Shown here in pieces: positions 1 through 9,531 of a DNA stretch of 47,752 nucleotides. Within the stretch, counting starts at the first letter, position 1. The number at the start of each line of letters is the position of its first letter. The position numbers and the translations under genes are program-made. The notes beneath the pieces were generated by a model. The model was not told the DNA's origin. It saw only the letters and a list, made by a program, of their open reading frames with translations, and did not search any database. This stretch comes from Clostridia bacterium. GTDB lineage: Bacteria > Bacillota > Clostridia > Christensenellales > CAG-314. The DNA is taken from NCBI GenBank assembly GCA_017629595.1, contig JAGBWW010000068.1:1-47752 (forward strand), given 5' to 3'.

Positions 1-633
1 ATGGTAGTAGTTGCGCAATTGGGCTATCCAATTTGTAACCCCTTCAAAAAGGGTTGGCATTTGGGCCTGTTGTGGGCAATTCCTTGCCTTTTTGTGGCGT
101 TGGCAAACTTCCCTTATACCGCTTTGTATTTCGGCACAGCAAAGATTACGCGCCCCGATTTGATTTGCTTGTTTATCTTGGAGTGCGTGGGAATTGGATT
201 ATTTGAAGAAACAATTTTTCGTGGATTGATTCAAACGGTTGCCTTGGAAAGGTTGCAACACAAGCCCAATGGAATTTTCTATTCGGTTGTGGCATCGTCT
301 GCCATTTTCGGTCTGGTCCACTTGTCCAATCTTTTTATGGGTGGCAACTTCAACAGTACCCTGTTGCAAGTGGGTTATTCCTTTTTGATTGGCGCAATGT
401 TGTCCGTCACTTTGATTAAGACGGAAAACTTGTGGCTTTGCGTATTTTTACACGCATTATTTGACTTTGGCGGAAAAATCATTTTGGAACTTGGTACAGG
501 CTCGGCTTGGGACACGGGTTTTTGGATTTTGACAATCGCCTGTGGTGGTGTTTGTGCTTTGCACGTCATCAACACGTTGAACAAAACAAAAAGTTGTTAC
601 ACAACAAAGGAAAGTCAAAAACAACAGAATTAA
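1..633 (+). CDS. CPBP family intramembrane glutamic endopeptidase (CAAX protease/Abi-like); 5' end may lie outside the window
   Basis: ORF starts at the window edge. Very hydrophobic multi-TM protein with CPBP motifs EETIFRGL (EExxxR) and FGLVHL (FxxxH), plus a later HALFD. Followed by a hairpin terminator. Confidence 0.75.
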   Translation: MVVVAQLGYPICNPFKKGWHLGLLWAIPCLFVALANFPYTALYFGTAKITRPDLICLFILECVGIGLFEETIFRGLIQTVALERLQHKPNGIFYSVVASSAIFGLVHLSNLFMGGNFNSTLLQVGYSFLIGAMLSVTLIKTENLWLCVFLHALFDFGGKIILELGTGSAWDTGFWILTIACGGVCALHVINTLNKTKSCYTTKESQKQQN

Positions 634-639
634 CCTTTT

Positions 640-670
640 GTGGCAAGGCGCTTTTGCCTTGCCACTTTTT
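640..670 (+). terminator. Intrinsic terminator after the CPBP gene
   Basis: GTGGCAAGGC (640-649) pairs with GCCTTGCCAC (656-665): 10-bp stem, 6-nt loop, then TTTTT 666-670. Confidence 0.8.
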
Positions 671-802
671 GTTGAAACAAAAAGTGGTGTAGCTAAAAAA
701 ACGAGTAGAAGTTTCAAAGGTTTTGTTTCGTTGACTAAAAGCACTTGTGTTAAAAAAAGAGTGCTTAAAAAAGGTGTAATCCAAGAAAAACCACTATAGG
801 AA

Positions 803-831
803 TTGACAAATCTTAAACAATTGTTTACAAT
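803..831 (+). promoter_or_regulatory. Sigma-A type promoter for the DegV-family gene
   Basis: TTGACA 803-808, 17-nt spacer, TACAAT 826-831, about 75 nt upstream of the start codon at 907. Confidence 0.55.
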
Positions 832-906
832 TTGTTATGCAAATAGGCAAAAGTGCTGATTTTACATACTCAAAGCATACAATAATAAAATAAAGGTAGG
901 TAAACT

Positions 907-1788
907 ATGTCTGCAAGAAAATTCAAAATCGTTACGGACACCGGTTGCGATATGACCAACGAATGGTTGGAAAAGCGTGACGTGCACGTCATCAAATTGG
1001 GTTTTTATATGAACGACACCGAATACGAAGGCGAATCAAACAACCATATGACACCCGAAGAATTTTACGTTCAACTCAAAGCTGGCGCAATGCCCGTTAC
1101 TTCTCAAATCAACCCTGACGTTGCAACAAAACATATGGAAGCACTTGTAAAAGAAGGCAATGACGTTTTGGCAGTTGTGTTTTCCTCTGGCCTTTCCGGC
1201 ACGGCAAACAGTTTTGAACTTGCAGCAAAAGAAATTAACGGAAAATACCCCAAGCAAAAGGTTGTAATCGTTGACTCTTTAAGTGCATCTATGGGGCAAG
1301 GCTTGTTGTTGGATTACGTCATCAAAAAGGCAGACCAAGGCGCATCAATAGAAGAAACGGCACAATATGCAAACCAAATCAAATGGTCCATCAATCACCA
1401 ATTTACGGTAAACGATTTGTTCCACTTGAAACGTGGTGGAAGATTGTCGGCAGCATCGGCCGTTTTGGGAACAATCATCAACATAAAACCCATGCTTCGT
1501 TTCAGCAACGAAGGCAAACTTTGTGTAGCCAACAAAATCATTGGCAGAAGAAAGGCATTGAACACGCTTGTGGAAAAATTCAAAGCCACGCACACTCTTG
1601 AAGAAGGCGACCCCGTCTTTATCAGCCACTCGGAAAGTTTGCAAGACGCTTTGTATTTGAAGGGCGAAATTGAAAAATTGGTCAACAACCCCATCACAAT
1701 CAACTACATTGGACCGGTTATCGGCGCTCACACAGGTTGCGACACAATTGCTCTTTTCTACAAAGGAATAGATCGCGACGCAAAATAA
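907..1788 (+). CDS. DegV family fatty-acid-binding protein
   Basis: 293 aa. N-terminal KIVTDTGCDM, with length and pattern typical of the DegV family. Purine-rich RBS (aaaggtagg) upstream. Confidence 0.85.
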   Translation: MSARKFKIVTDTGCDMTNEWLEKRDVHVIKLGFYMNDTEYEGESNNHMTPEEFYVQLKAGAMPVTSQINPDVATKHMEALVKEGNDVLAVVFSSGLSGTANSFELAAKEINGKYPKQKVVIVDSLSASMGQGLLLDYVIKKADQGASIEETAQYANQIKWSINHQFTVNDLFHLKRGGRLSAASAVLGTIINIKPMLRFSNEGKLCVANKIIGRRKALNTLVEKFKATHTLEEGDPVFISHSESLQDALYLKGEIEKLVNNPITINYIGPVIGAHTGCDTIALFYKGIDRDAK

Positions 1789-1795
1789 ATTACAT

Positions 1796-1831
1796 AAAAA
1801 AAGCACACCAGCTTGGTGTGCTTTTATTTTT
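1796..1831. terminator. Bidirectional intrinsic terminator between convergent genes
   Basis: AAGCACACC (1801-1809) pairs with GGTGTGCTT (1815-1823). A-run upstream and T-run downstream, so it can serve both the + gene ending at 1788 and the - gene ending at 1839. Confidence 0.8.
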
Positions 1832-1838
1832 GTCGTTT

Positions 1839-3017
1839 TTAGTCAGCAAAGTTTTTGAAATAGTTTTGAATCAAAATGAAAGGTGTACCCTTGTCGCCCG
1901 AGCCACTCGTCAAGTCGGAAAGACTTGCCAAAAGGTCGGTCAATTGTCTGGGGGTTGTGCCTTGTGACAAAATCGTGCCTTTCAAGTCGGCGTCTTTTTG
2001 TTTGATAATTTCTTTCATTTTTGCCGTTGCTTCGTCGCCGTCCAAATTGGCAATGGTGTTGTCGGCAACGTATTTCAATTTGATTTCGTTGGGTGTTCCA
2101 ACCAAACCGTCTGTAAATCCAGGGGAACATACGGGGTCGGCAAGTTCCCAAATTTTACCTACGGGATCTTTAAATGCGCCGTCGCCATATACCATGCATT
2201 CAAACTTTTTGCCCGTGCGTTTCAAAAGTTCGGCTTGAAGGTCATAAGCAAACTTCGTGCAATCTCTGGGGAAAAGTTTAAGGGTGTTGTCGGTAGCCAT
2301 ATTGCTTCCCAACACGCCGTATTCACTGTTGAAACCACTTCCATCAATAGGTTTGTCCATCAATTCTTCCAAATTAAGCACTTTTTCTGCGCCTGCTTGC
2401 AAAAGTACTTTTTTCGTGCGATGGCGAGAGTGGATACAAGCACAAACCACGTGTTTGGTGTGTTTCAAAATTTCTCTGGGGTTGTTTGCCAAAATGATTT
2501 CGCAGTTTGCGCCACAAAGTTCTTGGTAATAATTGATATAGTCAACGCCTGTAAAAATGTGTTTTGTGTTGGGGAAGGTTTTGTGGAAAGATTCTGCCGT
2601 AAATACGTCAGTGTAAGGGTTGATTCCCGATTGATCCAAATCGTCCAAAGTAATAAAGCTGTTGCCTACTTCGTCGGAAGGGTAGGGCAATTGAACGACG
2701 ACTTTTTTTGCGCCCATTGCAATTCCTTTAAGAATAAGGGAAAAGCGGTTTCTAGAAAAGATGGGAAACAAAACGCCAACCGTTTCGTCGCCGAATTTGT
2801 TTGCAACGTCTTTGGCAATGTCGTCACAAGAGACGTAGTTGCCTTGGGCTCTTGCTACGACGGCTTCGGTAACTGCAACGACGTCTTTGTCGTGCAATTC
2901 AAAACCGTGCGTTTTGGATGCATTTGTTACGCTGTCTGCCACAATTTGCACCAAATCATCGCCTTGGCGAATGATAGGGGCACGCAAACCTCTTGAAATT
3001 GTTCCTTGATAATCCAT
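1839..3017 (-). CDS. Coenzyme F420-0:L-glutamate ligase-like protein (CofE/FbiB-N family, long form)
   Basis: 392 aa. N-terminal LRAPIIRQGDDLVQIV and DKDVVAVTEAVVARAQG resemble the CofE signatures (lPlik.GDDLaelI and D.vvvs.kvvsKaeG). GGAGG RBS (revcomp of cctcc at 3027-3031). Confidence 0.65.
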   Translation of the reverse strand: MDYQGTISRGLRAPIIRQGDDLVQIVADSVTNASKTHGFELHDKDVVAVTEAVVARAQGNYVSCDDIAKDVANKFGDETVGVLFPIFSRNRFSLILKGIAMGAKKVVVQLPYPSDEVGNSFITLDDLDQSGINPYTDVFTAESFHKTFPNTKHIFTGVDYINYYQELCGANCEIILANNPREILKHTKHVVCACIHSRHRTKKVLLQAGAEKVLNLEELMDKPIDGSGFNSEYGVLGSNMATDNTLKLFPRDCTKFAYDLQAELLKRTGKKFECMVYGDGAFKDPVGKIWELADPVCSPGFTDGLVGTPNEIKLKYVADNTIANLDGDEATAKMKEIIKQKDADLKGTILSQGTTPRQLTDLLASLSDLTSGSGDKGTPFILIQNYFKNFAD

Positions 3018-3307
3018 TTATGATACCTCCAATGAACACCAAAATATAATAGCAAATTAGTGCTGATTTGTAAATGCTTTGCAATGTTTTTTTTACAATT
3101 AGTCCAATGTTTTTTGGCAAAAAAGACTTAAATTTTTCCTTGATTTTGCCATTTTTGAAATATGGTAGCATTTGTTTGTACGTTTTTTCAAAGTTGTTGT
3201 CAAAAGAATAAATATTATGCAAATTTACTTAAATTTTGCAACAATACCCCTTGTATTTATCTACTTATTGTGTTAAACTATATTTTGTAAATTTATGGGC
3301 TAAAAAA

Positions 3308-4297
3308 ATGAAAACAAAGTTATTCAATTTTACCGATGAACAAATAGATTGCGCCGCGCGTCTCATTCGTCAAGGGCAATTGGTTGCCTTTCCCACCGAA
3401 ACCGTCTATGGTTTGGGTGCAAACGCATTGGACGAGGAGGCGGTAAAAAGCACTTACGTTGCAAAGGGCAGACCTATTGACAATCCCGAAATCGTGCACG
3501 TTTGGTGTTCGGAACAAATTGAAACTTTTGCCCACGTTGACCAACGAGCAAAATTGCTCATTGATGCTTTTATGCCAGGAAGTTTGACGTTGGTTCTCAA
3601 AAAGAAGCCCAATCTTTCTTCCGTCGTTACGGCGGGTTTTGATACGGTTGGTGTGCGTATGCCTCAAAGTGAACAAGCAAGACGCTTTTTACAAGCATGT
3701 CGCGTACCCGTGGCGGCCCCCAGCGCAAACACGTCGGGCAGACCTTCTCCCACAAATTGGACGGCAGTAAAAGAAGACCTTGATGGAAAAATCGCAGGTA
3801 TCTTGTGTGGCGAAGATTGTGCCGTTGGTATTGAATCCACCGTGTTGGATACGACGAAAGACGGTTTGGTTGTTTTGCGTCCGGGTGTTGTTACCCCTTC
3901 GGAAATTGCCAAGGTGGTCAACCAGCCAGTAACCGTATTGACCGACCCTTTGTCAAAGGTAAACTCTCCGGGTGTTAGATACACTCATTATGCACCGTTG
4001 TGCCAAATGGTGTTAAACGTGGACGGAGACAAAGAAAAACTTATTTCTTTTTACGATAAAATTGCATCCAATGGACTCAACCCCGTGTTGCTTTGCGACG
4101 ACGTGTTGGGTTTTGGCGATAGAAACGTTCTTTCGTTGGGCAAAAGCAACGAAGAAGTGGCGCAAACGGCGTTTTCATCTTTGCGTTTTTGTGAAAAAAA
4201 CTTTGACTACATAATTTGTTCTTTTCTTCCCAAAGGAGAGTTTGGACAAAGTATTCAAAACCGCTTGATGCGTTCGGCATCCAATAAAATACTTTAA
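3308..4297 (+). CDS. tsaC: L-threonylcarbamoyladenylate synthase (TsaC/Sua5/YwlC, long form with Sua5 C-domain)
   Basis: Internal ATG at 3308 gives MKTKLFNF.. and the motif FPTETVYGLGANA. A further motif is PSANTSGRPSP. The track start at 3236 adds a non-homologous AT-rich extension. Confidence 0.9.
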   Translation: MKTKLFNFTDEQIDCAARLIRQGQLVAFPTETVYGLGANALDEEAVKSTYVAKGRPIDNPEIVHVWCSEQIETFAHVDQRAKLLIDAFMPGSLTLVLKKKPNLSSVVTAGFDTVGVRMPQSEQARRFLQACRVPVAAPSANTSGRPSPTNWTAVKEDLDGKIAGILCGEDCAVGIESTVLDTTKDGLVVLRPGVVTPSEIAKVVNQPVTVLTDPLSKVNSPGVRYTHYAPLCQMVLNVDGDKEKLISFYDKIASNGLNPVLLCDDVLGFGDRNVLSLGKSNEEVAQTAFSSLRFCEKNFDYIICSFLPKGEFGQSIQNRLMRSASNKIL

Positions 4298-4309
4298 GGA
4301 GTTATCAAA

Positions 4310-4753
4310 ATGAAAATTTCCATAGCATCTGATCACGGTGGATTTGACTTGAAACAATCGGTTATTGACCATTTGTTGGAAAACGAAGAAATTGAAGTTA
4401 CCGATTGTGGTACTTTCGGCAAAGATAGTTGCGACTATCCTCTTTTTGGTGAAAAGGCAGCACGCCTTGTATCCGAAGGCGATTGCGACTTTGGTATCGT
4501 CATTTGCACGACGGGCGAAGGAATGGCAATCACAGCCAACAAGGTAAAGGGTGTTCGCTGTGCATTGTGCATTAATTTGGATATGGCACAATTTTGCCGT
4601 TTGCACAACAACGCAAACGTAATTTCCATTGGTGCCAAATACGTTGACAACGATTTGGCAAATCAAATTGTTGACACCTTTTTGACAACTCAATTTGAAG
4701 GTGGCAGACACAACCGCCGTGTAGATCAAATTATGTCATTGGAGGCAAAATAA
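4310..4753 (+). CDS. rpiB: Ribose-5-phosphate isomerase B
   Basis: 147 aa. MKISIASDHGGFDLK.. and CTTGEGMAITANK are typical RpiB/LacAB motifs. Lies 12 nt after tsaC. Confidence 0.9.
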   Translation: MKISIASDHGGFDLKQSVIDHLLENEEIEVTDCGTFGKDSCDYPLFGEKAARLVSEGDCDFGIVICTTGEGMAITANKVKGVRCALCINLDMAQFCRLHNNANVISIGAKYVDNDLANQIVDTFLTTQFEGGRHNRRVDQIMSLEAK

Positions 4754-5061
4754 TGATTGAACAAGCAGTACAATCAATAATTGAAGCCGAAGAAGTGTCG
4801 GCGCAAAAAATTGCTCAAGCCGAAAAACAAGCAAGTGAAATTGTTTCTTCGGCACGTGAGCAAGCCGAAAAGATTTTGCAAGACGGTCAAGCCCAACTCA
4901 AACAAATGAGCATTGACTCAGCAAAACACAACGAACAAGTGGCTCAAAGTAAGGCAGACCAAGTTTTGCAAGAGCTTACTCAACAAGCCGACCAAACAAT
5001 AGAACAATACAAAGTCAACGTAGCTAAGGCGGTTGAATTGGTAAAAGGAAAGATTATCTAA
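4753..5061 (+). CDS. V-type ATPase small coiled-coil stalk subunit (G/H-like; NtpF position)
   Basis: 102 aa, A/E/Q/K-rich predicted coiled coil. Its ATG overlaps the rpiB stop (TAATG). First gene of an ntpFIKECGABD-ordered cluster. Confidence 0.6.
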   Translation: MIEQAVQSIIEAEEVSAQKIAQAEKQASEIVSSAREQAEKILQDGQAQLKQMSIDSAKHNEQVAQSKADQVLQELTQQADQTIEQYKVNVAKAVELVKGKII

Positions 5062-5063
5062 CA

Positions 5064-7106
5064 ATGGCAATTGTCAAAATGAAAAGATTGATGCTGTTGG
5101 GTTTAGAAAGCGACAAAGACAAAATTTTGGATCAAGTCGTAAAAACTCAAAGCATTCAACTCAAAAAAGACATAGTGGTAGAAAGTTTTGTTGCAAGTGA
5201 CACTTCCGAGCAACAAGCCGAATATCAATCACAATTATTGCGTGTAAACGACGCAATTGCTTCGGTATGCCAATTTGTTGATAAAATCAACTATCAAATA
5301 AAGGACAAAAAAGAGCACTTGGAACTTCCCAAAACGACCATGGCTCATCCCATGTTGGAAACGACCATTGAAGACTTGATGTCTTTGTCCAAAATTGGCG
5401 ACCAAGTGGAAAATCAACTTGCCACAATTGAAGGTGCAAAAGAAAAGATTGCCGTATTAACAAACGAGTACAATCGTTTGTGTTCCGAACAGGACAAAAC
5501 CAAAATCTTTTTGCCTTTGACAAAGAAATTCGGTTTTTATACCGACACGCAAAACACCTTCATTTTGCTTGGCGTTGTCCCCAAAGACAATGCACTTGCC
5601 TTGATGAACGTGCTTTCTGTAAACGAAAACGCTTTGTATCAACAAATCAGTCAAGACGGCGACAACGCACTTTTTGTTGTCATTGCACTCAAAGACGAAC
5701 AAGCACTTATTGACAGTTTGGCTTCTTTGGGTTTTTCTCGTGTATCTTTTGACAATGACGTTGTTCCCAAAGAAAAAATGGCACAACTTCAAAAGCGTAA
5801 AAAGGAAATTGAAAAAGAAATCAAATCTTTGCAATTGAAAGTGGCGTCTTTTAGAGAAAACTTAAATCAACTCAAACTTTATGCAGACTATTTACAATTG
5901 CAACAACGCTTAAAAGAAGCCGAAGGCACCTTCCCTGCATCAAGTTACACCTTTGTTTTGGAAGGTTGGTGTCCTGCCGAAAAGCAACTACAAGTGCAAG
6001 AACAATTGCTTTCGGTAAGCCAAAATATGTTGCTTTATTTTTACGATATAGAAGAGGAAGAATTTGCACCTACTTTGCTCAAAAACAATGGCATTGTAAA
6101 GCATTTTGAAACGGTTACAAACAGTTACTCCGTACCTCACTATCACGAACCGGATCCCAATGGCGTGATGTCCATTTTCTACTTCATCATCTTTGGTTTG
6201 ATGTTGGCAGACGTTGGCTATGGCTTCCTTCTTTTCATCGTGGGACTTTGTGCAAAGTTCTTGATTAAGCAAGAGTCAGGCCTTAAACGTTTGGCATCCT
6301 TGTTTGGTTTGTGCGGTTTGTCGGCAATGGTGTGTGGCGCGTTGTACGGAAGTTTCTTCTGTTTCCAAGTTATTCCCGCTGACAAAACAATTTTGCCTTC
6401 TTCAAGTGACTATCCAATGGTAACAATCATTTTGTCCTTGTATCTTGGCATTTTGCAAATTATGGCTGGACTTTTGTGCAACGCAAGAAAACAGTTTGCA
6501 AGAAAGCAATATTGGGATGCAGTGCTTGACGCAATCTTCTGGGAATTGCTTTTATTGGGTATTGCATTGTTTGCCCTTGAACCTGCAATGGGTATGATTG
6601 TCGGCGACGGCACAAACGTTCCCACTCAATTGCAAAACGTAACGATTCCCCCTATATTTGGCACAATCGGTATTGTTTTGGCCGTTGTCGCTTTGTTGGG
6701 CATTATGTTTACGGCAGGTCGTCACTCCAAGGGCATTTTGGGTAAAATCATTGGTGGTTTTGGTGGATTGTACGGTATCATCAACTATTTCTCTGACGTA
6801 GTCAGTTACGTTCGTATTTTCGGTTTGATGTTGTCCGGAGCAATGATTGGTGTCATTGTCAACCAACTTGCCGTCCCCATGCTTTCTTCTCCCATAACAG
6901 CCGTCTTTGGTGTAATCATTTTGGTTGTAGCCCACGTATTTAACATTGCATTGAGCTTGCTTGGCATTTATATCCACGACGCTCGTTTGCAATACGTTGA
7001 ATTCTTTGGCAAATTCTATGAAGGCGACGGTCAATTGTTCCAACCTTTGGGCAGTAAATTGAGTTACTCGGTGTTTACAACACAACAAAACGCAGTTAAA
7101 AATTGA
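5064..7106 (+). CDS. ntpI: V-type ATPase subunit I (a-subunit, membrane stator)
   Basis: 680 aa. Soluble coiled-coil N-terminal half and multi-TM C-terminal half containing VVSYVRIFGLMLSG (the conserved Arg helix). Position in the operon fits. Confidence 0.9.
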   Translation: MAIVKMKRLMLLGLESDKDKILDQVVKTQSIQLKKDIVVESFVASDTSEQQAEYQSQLLRVNDAIASVCQFVDKINYQIKDKKEHLELPKTTMAHPMLETTIEDLMSLSKIGDQVENQLATIEGAKEKIAVLTNEYNRLCSEQDKTKIFLPLTKKFGFYTDTQNTFILLGVVPKDNALALMNVLSVNENALYQQISQDGDNALFVVIALKDEQALIDSLASLGFSRVSFDNDVVPKEKMAQLQKRKKEIEKEIKSLQLKVASFRENLNQLKLYADYLQLQQRLKEAEGTFPASSYTFVLEGWCPAEKQLQVQEQLLSVSQNMLLYFYDIEEEEFAPTLLKNNGIVKHFETVTNSYSVPHYHEPDPNGVMSIFYFIIFGLMLADVGYGFLLFIVGLCAKFLIKQESGLKRLASLFGLCGLSAMVCGALYGSFFCFQVIPADKTILPSSSDYPMVTIILSLYLGILQIMAGLLCNARKQFARKQYWDAVLDAIFWELLLLGIALFALEPAMGMIVGDGTNVPTQLQNVTIPPIFGTIGIVLAVVALLGIMFTAGRHSKGILGKIIGGFGGLYGIINYFSDVVSYVRIFGLMLSGAMIGVIVNQLAVPMLSSPITAVFGVIILVVAHVFNIALSLLGIYIHDARLQYVEFFGKFYEGDGQLFQPLGSKLSYSVFTTQQNAVKN

Positions 7107-7169
7107 TAATAAAAGTTCAATTTTTTCTATAATAAAAACAAAAAAACATATTTTCGGAGGAAAATAAAA

Positions 7170-7619
7170 ATGGATGGATTTTCTATCGCAGTATTGGGCT
7201 TGGCTCTTTCAACAATTTTGTGTGGTATCGGCTCTTCTTTGGGTTTGAAATACACAGTATCCACCTTGTCCGGTGTGGCAGCAGGTGACCCTTCAAAAGT
7301 TGGCAAGTGCATGCTCATCGCATTGCTTCCTGCAACACAAGGTTTGTACGGCTTGGTCATTTCCATTATCGGTATGGGCAACTTGGCAAACGTAGCAGCA
7401 GACCCCGCAAAAGGTTATGCAATGTTCTTTGCCGCTTGCATCATGGCAATTTCCGGTTTTGCATCTGCAGTTTTGCAAGGCAAAGCCGCATCTTCTGCAA
7501 TCGTAGCAGTCGGTAAAAAAGACGAATTGTCCGGCAAATTGATGATGTACCCTGCAATGATTGAAATGTACGCATTGTTGGGCTTGGTTGCATCAATCCT
7601 TATCATGGGTGCAATCTAA
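7170..7619 (+). CDS. ntpK: V-type ATPase proteolipid subunit K (c, 4-TM duplicated form)
   Basis: 149 aa. LLPATQGLYGLVIS, VLQGKAAS and MIEMYALLGLV align with Enterococcus hirae NtpK. GGAGG RBS upstream. Confidence 0.9.
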   Translation: MDGFSIAVLGLALSTILCGIGSSLGLKYTVSTLSGVAAGDPSKVGKCMLIALLPATQGLYGLVISIIGMGNLANVAADPAKGYAMFFAACIMAISGFASAVLQGKAASSAIVAVGKKDELSGKLMMYPAMIEMYALLGLVASILIMGAI

Positions 7620-7632
7620 TCAGGGATTACTT

Positions 7633-8208
7633 ATGAATAACAAAGAAAACATTATTTCAGCAATTGCACAAAAAACCGACGTCAAGGTGCAAGAAATTAT
7701 TGCCAAAGCACAAAACGAGGCAAAAATTTTGATTGAAAACGCCGAAAGTGCCGTTCAAAAGGAAATTGCCGAATTTCAAAGCAAAGCAAAAGATGCCGAA
7801 CAAGATACAATCTCTCGTCGCATCACGGTTGCAACTCTGGATGGTAAAAAATACCTTTTGGCACAAAAGCGTCAAATCATTGACAGCGTTTATTTGCAAG
7901 TCAAAAATGACGTTGAAAACTTGCCTTTGGACCAATATAAAAAGTTCTTGGCAAAGTTAATCAGCGAAAACGCCGAAAAGGGCGAAAGTGTTGCCGTCAA
8001 CAAAAAGGACGGCAACGTCGTTACGCAATCTTTTTTAGCAGGATTCAAATTGGACTTGCACAAAGCAGACGACGTTGACATTGACGGTGGTGCAATTTTG
8101 TATGGCGACGGCTATGAAAAAGACTTGTCTTTGACGTCCTTGGTGGATGCAATAAGACAAGAAACTGAAATTGAAGTTTGCGACGTATTGTTTGGAGAAA
8201 CAAAATGA
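7633..8208 (+). CDS. ntpE: V-type ATPase subunit E
   Basis: Internal ATG at 7633 (MNNKENIISAI..). Coiled-coil N-terminus plus globular C-terminus. The track start at 7561 overlaps ntpK. Confidence 0.8.
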   Translation: MNNKENIISAIAQKTDVKVQEIIAKAQNEAKILIENAESAVQKEIAEFQSKAKDAEQDTISRRITVATLDGKKYLLAQKRQIIDSVYLQVKNDVENLPLDQYKKFLAKLISENAEKGESVAVNKKDGNVVTQSFLAGFKLDLHKADDVDIDGGAILYGDGYEKDLSLTSLVDAIRQETEIEVCDVLFGETK

Positions 8209-9197
8209 TTGACGCATATTTTGGTGCAGGCCGTGTGGGGCTGTTGACTGTAAAACTTTTTACAGCCGACAAATTTAATCGTATGTTGGAAAGCACAAAT
8301 CTTGCCGACGCAATAAAAGTACTGTACGAAAGCAACTATGGCGAAGGTATGGTACTGGCTTCGTGTGAAGATTTTGAAAAACTTTTGTCTCAAGAAAGTC
8401 AAATTGCTTGCCAATTTTTGAAAGAATTGTCATCTGACGAAAAAGCAACCGATTGTTTTTTGATGGTTTTTGACTATGACAATGCAAAAATTTTGGCAAA
8501 AAGCAAGTATTTGCGTAAGGACAGCCTTTCCCTTTGCTACGTCAACGGTTTGATGGACGCAAAAGAAATGGCACAAAAAATTGTCAACGACGATTATGAA
8601 GGTTTCCCCGTTGCAATGCAAGAAGCATTGAACAAAATTGACACGGAATTTTTTGAGGGCAACCGCACGGGCGAATTGGTTGACTTGTTGTTGGACAAAG
8701 CAATGTACAAAGACGTTTTGTTAAAACTTAAAAAGTGCAAGACCAAATCGGTGGTGCAATACTTCAAATGCGAAATTGACACCAAAAATATTTTGACGTT
8801 GTTGCGCACCAAACGTGCAGACCTTGACGAAGGCAAGTTTGCACAAATGTTTTTGGATGGTGGCAATCTCAAACAAGAGTGGTTTTTGGAACTTTTGCAA
8901 CATCCCGTAGAAAAATGGGAACAAGTTTGCCAATTTCCACAATACAAGGAATTGCTTTTGGCAGGCATAGATTGTTTGGTACAAGGAAAATCTTTGTATC
9001 AATGCGAACAACTTGCCGAAAAATACAAAGTGGCAATTCTCGTCCCCAACAAGGACAAACTCACAATTGAACCCGTAATTTGTTGGTATCTCTCCAAAAT
9101 GAGAGAAATTGACAACGTCCGTATGATTTTGGTGGGTATCAGTTGTGGTATAGAAAAAACTCGCATAAGCGAAAGATTGAAGGTGCTTTATGTATAA
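8205..9197 (+). CDS. ntpC: V-type ATPase subunit C (d-type)
   Basis: ATG at 8205 overlaps the ntpE stop (ATGA). About 330 aa all-helical protein in the canonical operon position. Confidence 0.8.
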   Translation: MIDAYFGAGRVGLLTVKLFTADKFNRMLESTNLADAIKVLYESNYGEGMVLASCEDFEKLLSQESQIACQFLKELSSDEKATDCFLMVFDYDNAKILAKSKYLRKDSLSLCYVNGLMDAKEMAQKIVNDDYEGFPVAMQEALNKIDTEFFEGNRTGELVDLLLDKAMYKDVLLKLKKCKTKSVVQYFKCEIDTKNILTLLRTKRADLDEGKFAQMFLDGGNLKQEWFLELLQHPVEKWEQVCQFPQYKELLLAGIDCLVQGKSLYQCEQLAEKYKVAILVPNKDKLTIEPVICWYLSKMREIDNVRMILVGISCGIEKTRISERLKVLYV

Positions 9198-9531
9198 CAG
9201 AGTGGGAGTCATCGGAAATATAAATAGCATTATGGCTCTCAAAGCCGTGGGTGTAGAGGTGTTCAATGCAACAAGTGCAGACCAAGCCATAGAGTTGGTT
9301 AAAAAACTCTCAAATGGCGAATTTGCCGTGTTGTTTATTGAAGAAACACTTGCCCAACAAATCCCCGACGTGTTGCAAAAGGCAAAAACGAAGCCTTACC
9401 CTGCCATTGTTCCCATCCCTTCGGCAAAGGGTGCAACAGGATTTGGTATGCAAGGCATCAAAAATGACGTAGAAAAAGCAATAGGAACAGATATTTTATT
9501 TAACAAAGAGGAAACGACAAATGGAAGGTAG
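9190..9531 (+). CDS. ntpG: V-type ATPase subunit F
   Basis: 113 aa. [21 protein letters not shown] is typical of V/A-ATPase F subunits. Overlaps both neighbouring genes. Confidence 0.85.
   Translation: MYNRVGVIGNINSIMALKAVGVEVFNATSADQAIELVKKLSNGEFAVLFIEETLAQQIPDVLQKAKTKPYPAIVPIPSAKGATGFGMQGIKNDVEKAIGTDILFNKEETTNGR

Noticed and set aside
3236-3307. Upstream extensions of track ORFs (tsaC 3236, ntpE 7561, ntpC 8178, guaB 13385, importer binding-protein gene 25264, pgi 30709, radical SAM 42246, rpmA 45724, ogg 46039)
   Set aside because: In most cases an internal ATG preceded by a GGAGG-type RBS restores the conserved N-terminus. The extensions overlap upstream genes, terminators or AT-rich promoter DNA. 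tsaC and ogg have no clear RBS, and their starts were chosen on N-terminal homology and terminator overlap respectively.
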